Both the position numbers and the translations under genes were made by a program. A DNA stretch of 64,000 bases from Haplodiscus bocki (Eukaryota): positions 50,654,001 through 50,718,000 of the forward strand of contig OZ296650.1 in the NCBI GenBank assembly GCA_965655095.1. Direction: 5' to 3'. Below are positions 24,586 through 36,654 of this stretch, piece by piece (the stretch's first letter is position 1; each line of letters starts with the position of its first letter). Below the pieces are notes generated by a model. It ran no database searches. It worked only from the letters and a program-made list of their open reading frames with translations, and was not told where the DNA came from.

Positions 24586-27500
24586 CTTACTATTGTTTAT
24601 GACAACTGAATGTTTTTTCTTCAGTTCGTTTTTGAAAAATCTGTGTGAGGACCTATATTAAAGGGTATTCCGTTTAATTAAAAGGGGCACAATGGCTGGC
24701 CGTAGCTCTTCAAAAATGTAGAAAGGTACTTATTGGACACATGCACTCCAATTGATAAACAATGATCTTTGGGGTCATGCTGTTTGTTTTGTTTCTCCAA
24801 TTGTTTCACCACTGCAAGGTGGAAGTAGCGAGAACGTGAGTAATGGGAAGGTGAGTAGATACCAAATCATGTGTTGTTCGTGTGAAATATCTTTGAAACT
24901 TCAAATTGTCGACAAGTCAGTAGGGGCCACACCTCAGGAAAAGTGGTCGTATTTTTACCAAATTAGTAGAAACCTGTTAGATTCACTAAGAATCAATGCC
25001 AATAGACCAATTCAGCCTCATATGTTGGGGAATTGTAGATTTTCACCGAAAACTGGCAAAATCGCCTTTAAAATAGTTCGAACTTGGAGACTGTCCAAAT
25101 TTGAATCCCCAAAAGGTGTGACCAAAAGGGGTCGTGTTTCTCCAGTCTAGGTAAGAAGGCCAGCAAAAAACCATATTTCGATGCCGCAGAGAAGTTTTCT
25201 TGTCACTATTGTGACTGATTTGCAAAAAAAACCGTAAACGTAAGAGAAATTGAAAAAAGTTCCACAAATAAAATCGGGATGAGGCATGTCCAGCTAAGGT
25301 GTCTACGGATAGAATGGTCATGTTTTTCTTCCAGGCAGCGAGGTGTGAACACATTTACTGAAATTCGAACTAGTACAGATGACTGCCGGGACATATTGTG
25401 GCGGTTTTCTGTCTTCCTAAAGAAAAACTGGCAAAAACTTGAAGAAAAAGAGGAATGAATAAAACGTCATGCAAGCGCCTTTGTTGGCTGAGCTCAAGGA
25501 CAAGGAATACAAGTCATTTAGGCAGGCTCAAAAAAGACTTGGAAAGCATACAGGCTCACATTGCATATGCAGGACGAGAAAAGTTTCTTGTGGAAAGTTT
25601 TTTTCCGTTTCTTCCACTTTCAACAAAAAACAAAGTGAAAGAATTCACAGAAACAAGTCTTACAAAAAGGTAGCTAGTACCCAGACGTGCAAAATGGGAG
25701 ATCAATTGCTGATATGGAAAAACGCAGTTTTTCACACGGAGGAGTCAAACAGAAGTGGGTTCTTTTGGGAACTTGGCAAACTTTAACCGAAATCAAGGTG
25801 TTTCTCGGACACGCGGTGTCTAGGTAAAGCATCATTAAAAAGTCTACAGTTGAATGGATCAAGTTTAAAAATCAACGGCTCTTTATAACTGGGCAAAACA
25901 GTCTTCTTTTCTGGCTTGGGTTCCTTTGAACATAGCGCAAACCAGTTTGAAAGAGAAGTTGGTATCTTGGACTTAAATTGAGGACAAACAAGCCAGTGAA
26001 ATGGGACTTAAAAAATATCACTATGAAGTGAATGTGCGGTCGAAAGAAGTGAGGCTGCTCAACGTAAACTTTTGATTGTCGGAAATGGCATGGCTTGTCT
26101 GGTTCGTTTGAGAAGGTGTCACTTAAGGGAGATTGGCCTCCCGATTGTTCAAAACTTGGGACGACGGCGTCAATCTCCTATCATCCGTTTGGGAAACCGG
26201 GAGAGTATACATGTTCAAGCAGCGTGCGATTGACAGTACCATAATCCCGCCAGCTTGCTCGTACTGTTGTTGGACTGTTCTTTAAGAGAATTTGTTCTCG
26301 TTCGTTCTGGCAGTAGATCAGTTTCTACTGTTTGACATTTTTGTGTTAATTGTGTTTTTATACGCAAGTGTGTTCGTTTGTAGGACTTCACTAACTGAAA
26401 CAAAGGGCCTCCGTGACTTATGTTGCTCCTAGAAAGTTGTTCAAGCGGTGCGAGCCAGCCAGCGAATGATTTTGCTCAAAATTCAGCGGTTCAGAGGTGT
26501 CTGGACATGTGTACGAGGCAAAAAAGAAGGCTAAGGAAGAAGTTCAGGAGATTTCGAGGCCTTGGCGCAATTGCAAAAAAACTATATGGCTCCAGAAGAA
26601 GAAGCAAAAAACCTAAAGAAATCGAGATTGCAAAACTGTGAGACAAAAATTGCCGTGTCGTTGAGAGGTTGGTGCTGCTTTTTGTGTGTGTTTAGTTAGT
26701 TAGGAAAATTTAGTTTCTCTTCCCATCATAATCAGTCTCAAGAACCGTCGCTCTAGCTGCCTGTGCTAGGAAAAAATGAAAATGAATGTTAATTTAAATG
26801 TCTTGCAAAAGGAAGAAAGTCTTCAGTGAGAGTTATGACTAGTATAAAGTGTTCTTGTTTAAACTTCAGTCATGCTGATTGTGCCAAACCATTGATTGTA
26901 TCGCAAAAATTTCAAGACGATCAGCCAGTCCACCGGGGAGTCATGGCTGGCTGTTTCAACATTACGGTCGGTGCAGGCGATCAGTTCTTTCCCGGTTGGA
27001 TTGTTAGGGAAAATAGAGTAGCGCAAATGCAGTAAGTGGCCATAGTTCCAAAAGCGAAATGTCAAAATCACTGGGGCGTCAAAATTCGCTGCCAATACCG
27101 ACTAGTTGAACTCTCCCAAATAGGTCGGAACTGTAGTATTCGCGGAAAAACAGCCAGAATAAACGGCGCATTGTCCAAAAGTGAAACCTCACGAATTCAT
27201 TAGTATACGCTCGAGAGAATGCGACAAGGACGGGGGATGTCAATCGCTCTCATATGTTCAAAAAAAACGAACTGCAAGTTAGAATAAGTGTGTATTTACC
27301 TAGAGAACTGATTGCATAGCGAAATTTTGTTCCAACGACTCAACAAAAACGTGCACTCTCTAAACTGGTTTTGGTAACTTAGGTATCGCGATTTAATTGA
27401 AAAACTTTTTTTCTTCAAGTTACCAAAACATAACAACTAAACTACGGAAGTTCAGGGAAAGATAGTTCTTGCTAGAAGAGTGAACAAAATTGTGACATCA

Positions 27501-29149
27501 AAAACTGGAGTTGCCGAAAATCAAAAACGGCACATGAATTGTCTTTCCAACTAGTCAATGAGGTGTTCGGCAAAATTGTAGTCGAGAGGATGGGAAGCTG
27601 CGCCACTCATAAGTGTGCTCTAATTTGGTGAATCTGGTTAGATTTTAAAATCTAAGTATCTGAGGGTTATTTGACTCCAGTAGCGAATTGTGAAAACCAC
27701 TCGAGGGGGTATGTTTGAAGGGGTTATTCTCCGGACGGAAGAAGCACCATGAATTTCACATGTGGATCCAGTGATTGGAGTTTTCCAAAAGAAACGACTC
27801 ATGGTTTGAGCAAGCGTTGAATATCTGATGTAAGACTGAGGATAGAGGTGGAAAATCTGTGTTTCTATAGAAGCTGATAAGAAAACTGTTGATTACACAA
27901 AATTATCACGCAACAACAGGTGTCAAGTCACATGACTATAAAGAATATCTTGCACCTTTGTGGCTGCTCGATTGTGATAAGCCAGTTAGCAAAATCTTCC
28001 AGCTCCTCCGTATCACCATATGACTAGCAAGTTCAATCAATGCACTTCATTCAAATGTATGCGGTAACACATCAAAGTCATCAAACACCATCAGTTGGTG
28101 GTGCCACCACTGTGTATAAAGTCGAAGACATGGTACAGTAAGTTTGCGATATCCATATCATCTATACGTGATATTTTGGAAAATCTCTCTCGTCAAAGTA
28201 TGGTGCTGATGGTGCCATAAAAGATTACTCAATTTCGTTGTTGCTTGTAGTTTATTTGCAATAAAACAATGTGTGAATTTTTGTTAGTCCATTTTTAAAG
28301 TTCTTGCCAATAAGAAATGATTGACACATGGTACTTAAAACGTTTACTATAACCATATTAGTCGGATTGAATAACGCCAAAAGTCTGATAAGACCAACTG
28401 ATAAGCATTTTATCGTTTGTGACAATTCTCAGTGTGATGTGTCACAGTTGTAACGGTTTTTCGTGGGAGAGTGTTCGAGCAAATCTTTCAGAGCTAAATT
28501 CCCAGCCTCACTCATTTCTCGACTATTTGTTCATGTTTCTTCATCTAAGGAATTAATTCTCTGCAATCAATTTTTTTTCGGAGCTAGTGGAATTTGAGTC
28601 TTTCGATAGGATAAGTTCAACGGAACAACTTGTACATTTAAAATATGTTACCAGTTTATTTAAAACGTTTTTCCATTACAATTTATGGCTCCCCATCCAA
28701 TTACAAGTCTGTCAAATTTTATGTTTTTAATTTGAAACAAATGACTTTTCATGCGACAAAGTAAGTCAGAAAAAGACCGTTTGCCAGAAAAGTGTCTTTT
28801 TGTCATTGAATTTTATATCCAGTTGTTACCTGATGCATTAAAATGAGCTATCAGTGAACCTGGTTTTAAGTTAATGTGAGTTTCCGGTAATTAAGACAAT
28901 TCTGGAAATATTAGAGCAAATTGCGTCGCAATTCCACCTGACATTGCCAAGTCAGAAGAAACGCAGTAAGCAAAATTCGCTTGTGGAGAGCTATAAAGCT
29001 CGCTTTCAGAATTGGTAAGGTCATGCGATAACTCTGTGCTTTCTTTCTGAATCGTGTCATATGTATTTTATTGAAATTGCGCTGGACAAAAAACATTAGA
29101 AGAGTCAACTTGTTCTCGATTGGAATTTTTTGTAAAGCGCTGCTTCAAA

Positions 29150-32100
29150 AAAAGTTTTGAGGGCGAACGACCATTTTGGGGCTCAATATTTTTAGATTTT
29201 GAGAGCTGTTGTTGAGTCGACTGTGCACTTCGCTTGTAAGTGAACATGCTCTTCAGCGCGTCCAGGCGGTTTTTTCATCTGCTTAGCTAAATTAGCATCA
29301 TTAACAACCTCTTTCGATTGTTTTCGACTAGAGATCTGTCCTATAAGATAGTATTTGTCAAAGTTGATGCAAGAAGTCTGCCACTCGGCCCTTGATTTGG
29401 TCACTAGACTTTCTGTGGGGATAGGCGACCGTGCCTTGGTCCTCGATAAGTGACTCGCAAAGTTAGGAACCTGTACGTTACGGATACGTGATAAGGTGTT
29501 TTGGCTGATAACTGTTGGGTATCTCAGTCGCAACCACGTCTAGGTTGGGTTCCACACAGGTTAGGTATTTCAATTCTACCAGTACGTGCGACTCAGGTGC
29601 TGGTGGTGGGAGAATATAGGTGAAGGGACTATAGTGGACTGTCGGGATCCTTGAAGAACAGATGGAGCATCAACTTGCGCTGATGCTACGACGTGTGCAA
29701 CAGCTGGGGCCAAGACTGTGTTTCCAGCCAATGCACCTCGTATTGAATGCCATACTTCAATATGACTTTTTTGCAATGTAACAGGAGTTTGATGAAAGGT
29801 CGTGTGCTCAAAAGATGGCTCTAGGGCAGAGTCAAGTATGTCATGCTCGGAACGATGTTTTCCCAAACTAAGTTTGGGTCGGAAACCATCCATTGTTACA
29901 GAAAAGTCATCAACTTCGTAGTTAGGCGTTATCGGCCGACACTGAACGCGATGAAGTCATTGTGAACAAGGTGTATGGATTTTTCGTATCAAGTAGGTAG
30001 ACTTTGTCAGAACTTTTCCATTTTTATACAGACAGAGCCAAATTGTTAATGATTTATCAGCAAAGTCACTCTGCGTAAGCAAAGAAGGAATCAAAAGCAA
30101 GCACGACTGTCGATTCATCAACGGTTTTGCTGCTGCTTTTTTGTCGTAGTAGATACGATATTTGTGATATTCATCCAAAACTCTAGATTTTGGGTGTGAA
30201 AAAAGTTTCAAAATTGAAGCTTGCAAATTCACCAGATAATCTGATTCAAGCTCTCTTCTTGCTCGAACGTGGTCTTGAAATCTCAAACCTATCAGTTCCA
30301 TCGGCTTTTTACCATGGGATTCTGACCTTGGAGCTGATCCAAGTGAAAAATGATAAAAAGTGTCATAAGCAAACGTAGCTAGGTTGACGTACCGATACCA
30401 AGTATTCCTCTTTTTGTTCGTATTAAGTTAGAAATTTCGTTTTATCGCTGAATGTAGTCTTCCAACAACTCCAGTTGTTTGTGGATGCTTCAAAAAAGCG
30501 TGTTGTAACTGAGATTTAGGTGAATCAGTCACTTCAATTTGTAAATTTGCTATGGAACTTGTTTCCAAATCAAACAGAAATGTCGTTAGTATGTAGCTGC
30601 GTTGAAAATATATTGAAACTGAGGCCTTTGCTAGAATTGTGTTGTAATTCGATGTTAGCGGAACGGAAAACATTCATTTAGATGCTAAATCAATGCCTGA
30701 GAGAGCATAATAGTAAATCAGTGAATGGAATGAACCAACCAAGTCAATTCGCATCATACCTTGTTCGGATGAGAGAAAGATGATCGGATGAGATTGGCTG
30801 CAAAGAAGGCTTCAATTGCTTCTTGCTAACTCTGTTCAATGTCGAACATGAGCGTCAAATTTTTGATGTATTCCGCGAAGATTTCAGTCAAACCTGAGAA
30901 GTAGAACGTTTTCCGAAAAGCTTGAGTTCTTCCGACGATTCTGAGGTGACTACTTGTCGGCGAGTTGTGAACTCTATAGACTACTTCTTGTCGCAAGTGC
31001 ATTGGAACGCACACCTGTTATTGCGATACTTTTCCAGCATCATCAGGAAAATGAAGAGTGGAGAATCCAATTGGAATCTGCCAACGGAAATGCGCGTGTG
31101 ATAAATGTCCAACTCAAATGAAGCATATGTAATATATTATTTGTGCATCTTCTTGAATCCAGGCCATAACTTTTCGTAAAACTGGATCTTTTTTCTGCTC
31201 TATCTGAATATCTACCACTCGTGTGTTCGAATTTGAAGTTTCAAAAGATTTCAAAAGGGCATGTGCTTGAAAGGAATTAAGTTCAAACGCTTGTTTTAGA
31301 GCAGAAAGTTCAGTTGTCTCTTTGGAAGAAACTGATTCAACAATTTCGTTTAAGTTAAGAAATATTTTTTGTAAAGCACGGTACAATTGCAGCTGTTCCG
31401 TCAGTTTTTGTGATTTTTGTGGTTGCCTGGTGTCATTTGATATGCTACTCGATTCAACTGGCAACATAGATGCATCTGATGTTTTGGCTTTCATATCTGA
31501 TTCAGTTTGTTTTCTTGGAACTGAGTCGACGAAATTGAGTTTTAACCTTTGATTCGATATACTTTGCTTTCGCGACAGAAGATCCGCCACTCATTTAGCT
31601 CGACCAGGTTTATGCTCTCAATTTCCCTTATATGCGATCAGTTTATCCAAAAATTCCCAAAAGATGGACGAAGCGAGAATAACTGAGAAAAGTTAGAGAG
31701 ACTTTTATTATCCCTCAAAACAATCTCAACCTTTCCTGCACCCTAAAAGAAAAGGGAAAAACAAATTGAGGCAAACTAAAATGCTATAAGTTTTTTACAA
31801 TCCGTAAACTTTTTAAATTGACACGTCTTGAAATTTACGATCCAGACAATACTCGTGTGAATGCTTGTTTTATCAATGCGTGTTTGAGTTCAAAGTAGTC
31901 CTCTATCATGAGAACAAAACCATTACTGTAATAACTTGCGTCACATAAGTGTACATACTGTTGTCCAGGCCTAACTAGTCTGAGAGTCGTTGTGGTACCT
32001 TGTAAAAGGTCTTTCTTTTTGGTTTCGAAACCATTCTAATGGTCACCATTCAAGAAAAAATCAGCATCTTTCCGAAATAATTGATACCAAAGCATCAAAT

Positions 32101-34030
32101 TTTGAGCTAGATTTGACTAAAAAGAGCGACAAAGTAGGTGAAAACGAACCAATCAAATGACTTGTGTACATGTAGCTGGTAATTTCCTTGTCTTTAGAAA
32201 AGTCTCTACTTTCCCAGATTTCAGGTTAAGTCCTGTAGGTGTGATTGTTTTACCAAGAACATTTATTGAGGCCATGCCAAATTCACATTTGCGGTTTGTC
32301 AATGTAAGTACTGATTTACGCAAACAGTCCAATATTCGTCTGAGAGTGGGGAGCATTTGTTCTAGTGTCTCCAATCCACATCCGATTTTGTCCACCAATT
32401 GGGTACATAAGTTAGCCGTGAGGCAAGAATCATAATAGGATCTGTCAAATGAGATAAAATCGGGTCACTGATTTGTTTAATCTTTAAACTAATCACTTGT
32501 AGGCGTATGTTCTCGACGCCAAGTTGAATGATAAGAGTTGGCTTGGTAAAGGGTCAGTAATTTGTACACAGTGCAAAGTGAACAATCTATTTTGGTGAAC
32601 AAAGTCCTTTTTGCAAATTGATGGACGGCATCTGTCAGGTTCGAAAGTAGGAATTGTTATCCTTGTAATCACTCCGAAGGATTTGATTAACACGCGTCAA
32701 GTCATTCGCTGTTCTCCGTTTCCCTGACGGTTTCAATTGTTCAAAACTTCGATTTCTATAGTTATAATTCGATAGAAGTATGACAAAGCCATAATATTGC
32801 ATCGGAACTTTGTCAATTAAGACTTCAATTCTCAACTGATTTGGAATGGGAAGACCTTGTAAGTACACTCGTAAATCAAACCCCGCTGTCAGTTTAACTT
32901 TCATCTCAGTATTGTATCCAGCAACAAATCTATGTTTCGCAAAAAGTCGAAAAAATCAACTAAAAGTTTCTGCATTGCGGAATTTTGATCGTGATCCAAG
33001 ACTGAACGTGTCCAACGAAATTGTGTTTAAAAACGTTTTCGTGTCGTCTTTGTTGTTTTGTGGCGCTGAAAGATCATGTTTTTGCAACTCGGCTATGTTA
33101 TCGAAAACTTTTGTCAGTAAGCTAGTTGTGTTATCGGGATTTTGACATACTTCTGGTGCGGAAAACAAAAGTTTTTAATTTTCGAGAAGAGGACGTTTAG
33201 ATTGCTTTCCCCCTGTTCTTTCCACTCGCATAAATTAAACAAGTACTCGGAAAAATTCCCCATCTATCTTTTTGAACAGTGCCAGAGTTTTTACTCCAAT
33301 TTCATTGATTATCTCTTCTGTTTGCGGAGAGAGACAATGGAAAACTGCTATTCGTTTGTTTTTTTTGTGAGAGATAGAGCGTGATCTTTTGAATTGACTG
33401 CTAAATTTGGAACTGTGTCGTATTTTGCAACTGTGACAACAGATGATTACTGTCCTAATTTGGTGCAGACTTCAAAATCTTCATCTTGGAATATCTTTCC
33501 CAGACGTCCTTCAAAGTTTTCCCTGAAATCTACTTTTATTTGTAGAATTTCTTGATGCTGCGGTTCAGTTATGTCCTTCTGGCTCATCGCAACTGTTTAA
33601 CGTCCTTTGGGAAAGGTTTTAATTCCTTCATTGGGAGTTTTTATTTCACTCATTTCGTTCTGGGAGTTCGAGTACTTTTCTCTTGGGTTAAATTCCATAC
33701 TCTACGTGCAAAGTAATGGGTTGCCTAAGAAAACACTGATCAATGAAGGAAGCATAAGGAAACTCTATTCAAACCTATGCTCAATTTTTTTGAATTGAAC
33801 GTCAATTTGACCAAGAAGTTTCAAATGGTGTCCTTTTACGTTAAAAAGTCAAGCTTGCTTCAAATCTGAGAAGGAATTTGTCAACCTTTCTCGCACTTTT
33901 TTTTAAAAAATGGCCGGCATGGCTTTACCAAACACTCCTGTGAAATTTAATAGTTCTCTATGACATCATTGTCAAAGTCAAAAGCCAAATATATCACATT
34001 TTCTCCTTCAAGTGGACTGACCGCGTTGAT
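29150..34030 (-). pseudogene. Ty3/Gypsy pol (PR-RT-RNase H-IN plus C-terminal extension), heavily disrupted
   Basis: PR: LLNFTGVFGKAM (degenerate DTG), LGQIDVQF...VFLGNP (~33620-33990). RT: LKPSGKRRTANDLTRVN, LLSFNLASRTYAYK, CTQLVDKIG (YVDD-like), KCEFG (~32150-32910). RH: HLCDASYYSNGFVL (~31950). IN: VHNSPTSSHL, RIDLVG, HPQTTGVVGRLH, KVLTKSTYLIRK (~29940-31020). RT-RH-IN order indicates Gypsy. Confidence 0.92.
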
Positions 34031-35026
34031 CAAAAATCCTACTTTTTGATTTGTTTGGATTTCTCTAACAACAACTATACTTCGAAGCAAGGACTCAAAG
34101 TCAGTTCAGTTGTCCCTTTTAAACCCTTCGTATTTTGGAAAAAAAGTTACTTGACTGCGCGAGCGCTGCCGTTTCACTTGTATCTGGTGGGCGAGAAAAG
34201 TTGAAATGATGGAATCCTAATGAACTGAATCAGTTTCAGAAGCTTATGAGTGAGAGTAAACGAAAAATCACTACTACTGTCTTATGATCAATTTAGGCCA
34301 TGAAGTGCTCTCAATGAAATCTGCGGTTTAAAGAAGAATGGTGAAAACAATCTTTTCGAGAACATTGGGAGCGCAAATATGAATTTTCTGCATCTACATT
34401 AGACCTAGGTTAGGATTAAGAAAAGGGCCAACAAAAAATGCGGTTTTCTTCATTCTAGGATTAGAGTTGCTCCAGCTAGGTGTCTTCTTCTGCTAGGTTA
34501 GCCTTTCGTGTAGAGGGTTTAGGGTTTTCTTTGCATGGCAAGATCGCGCTGCCCCCCTTGTACTCTTTAGAGCGCCCATTGTATCCGGATGTCTTGACCG
34601 GTTGCTGGTCTTCAGTCTGTAGCTTGTCGTCACTCCTGAACCGTCACCATCCGCTGTTTGTAATTCTAGTTCTAGATTGCGTCGTTTATGCCAGAGAAGG
34701 TTTCTAGTATCTTCTGACCTTTGCGGTAGAGTATGATTCTGATGGATGCGAGGTGCCCCGGATTAAACTTTTTACAAGCTTCAAATCAACAGCTCGCCTA
34801 GAGAACAGAGATATGTTTGTCAAAATAAGTCAATTTTTTTGAGAGCGTTTAAATCTGATTGTCTCAGATATTAAAGAGTCAAGATTATTTCAAAAATTAA
34901 TGTTAAAACTATTGATGAGCGAGTGTATCTTATCTGAATGTTAGCGCTGTTTAGATTCCCGGAAGGCAAAATTTGAAGTTTAGTTCAAATTCGCTTGGAA
35001 GATCAATTTTGACGTGTATTGCGTTA

Positions 35027-36654
35027 TTAGTTTTTTGACTGCGAGTTGAGCAGGACTGGCCCCCCTCTTAATCTGCTTCTGCCTCTTGTTTCATATTGTT
35101 CTGATGCGTGATTAGAGTAACCACACGAAAACCAAACCTTTTGTGAAAATGCTGTTGTCTCAGTGTGTCCTTTCGGATGTGCTGTGGTTAATGACCTTTC
35201 AGAACAGTGATTATTATAAATTGAAGGGTTTTATGTCTGTTGTCATCGTTTGAATAATTTCTACGATAGTTCCCTTGTAATTGTCTCTTCTATTTATATT
35301 TTTTCTGTGAAAGTTTCCTCTGAAACTGTTTCCGTACCTTCCCTGAGGTTGAATTTGGTTCTGTGGCTGACCAGTTTTTCCAGTCAAGGCGTTAAGTCTT
35401 TTTTCAGGAGATTTTTGATATTCTGTCTTTTTGGTCAAGACTGCTGGGAGTTTTTCGGAGTTGTCTATACTCATTCCTATAAATTTGTCTTTAGACCAGT
35501 CATCTGTTGGGCATAACTCTCGAAAATCATTTTTTCTCTGGCTTCTGTGCGCGCTTCTTGGATTGTGGTAGCTTTCGGTTTCTGCAAACTTTGATTCGTG
35601 TAAAACTTGGCATTCTTTTTTCGAACAACCTAATTTTGTGTCACTCTCGTTCCATTTGAGCAAAGTTTCTCCTATGAAACTTTCCAGTCGTTTTTGGGTC
35701 AAATATGTCTTTGTCACCTGCTGCAGTACCATCAACCGGTGCTGATCTACAGGTGTTGGCTAAGCTTTCATCGATAAATTTTGGAGTTTTACCAAAAGTT
35801 CTACAGGAGACTCTGTTTTGTGGTTCAATTTCGTGTTTTCTATGTTCATGTGATGAAATTCCCTCGAACTTTGGTGTTAAAAACAGTTTTCCAATGCTGC
35901 GATTGTTAATTCTAAGTCTGCTCTTGTGTTTGCATATAATGTTAGGAAAAAATGTAATGCTGAATGTTTCAAAGGAAGTTCCAAGAACAAAGTATCTTAC
36001 TTTTTGATTTGCTTGGGTTCTTGTAACATCAACTATACTTCGAAACAAGGACTCAAAGTCAGTGCAATTGTCCAATATAAACCCTTCGCATTTTCGAAGA
36101 AAAACATTTGACTACGCGTGCGCTGCCCTTTTAGTTGGATCTCCTTCGCGAGAAATGTCGAAATGATGAAGTTCAAATGAAGTGATTCAGTTTCAGAAAG
36201 TTATGAGTAAGAGTAAACGAAAAATCACTAGTATTGCCTTATGATCAATTTAGGCCATCAGGCGCCCTCATTGAAATCTGTGAATCTGTGGCTTGAATAT
36301 GAATGATGAAAATAATGTTTTTGAGAACAATCGGAGGGCAAATATCAATTTACTGCATCTAAAATAGGCTCGAGTTAGGATTAAGAAAAGGACCAACGGA
36401 AAAGGGGGGTTGCTGTTTTCTTCATTCTAGGATTAGAGTTGTTCCAGTTAGCTTTTTTCTTCTGCTGGTCAGAATTTTCGTCTGGAGTGTTTAGGGTTGT
36501 CTTTGTATGGCAAGACCGCGCTGTCTCTCCTTTACTATTTAGATCAACCAGTGGATCCAGACATCTTGAGCGGCTGCTGGTCTTCATTTTGTAGCTTGAC
36601 GTCACTCCCGGAACATCACCTTCCAAGATTTGTCATTCTACTTCTAGTTTGCAT
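35027..36654 (-). pseudogene. Representative gag copy in the array (13 such full copies)
   Basis: Stitching frames gives MQTRSR..., TDFESLFRSIVDV..QANQKV, LKDSALQFF...ADLELTIAALENHF (capsid-like; clearest in neighbouring copies), RELCPTDDWS, RG/N-rich QGRYGNSFRGNF, degenerate CCHC knuckle (xCGYSN), and ends SQSKN*. Confidence 0.85.
35030..35036 (-). promoter_or_regulatory. -1 ribosomal frameshift slippery heptamer A AAA AAC at the gag stop
   Basis: TCA AAA AAC TAA in the correct X XXY YYZ phase; intact here and at ~60712-60718, mutated in most other units. Confidence 0.55.

Noticed and set aside
36600-36635. TGG-starting motifs after the putative LTR end as a primer-binding site
   Set aside because: Variable between units and not recognisably complementary to a tRNA 3' end that I can identify.
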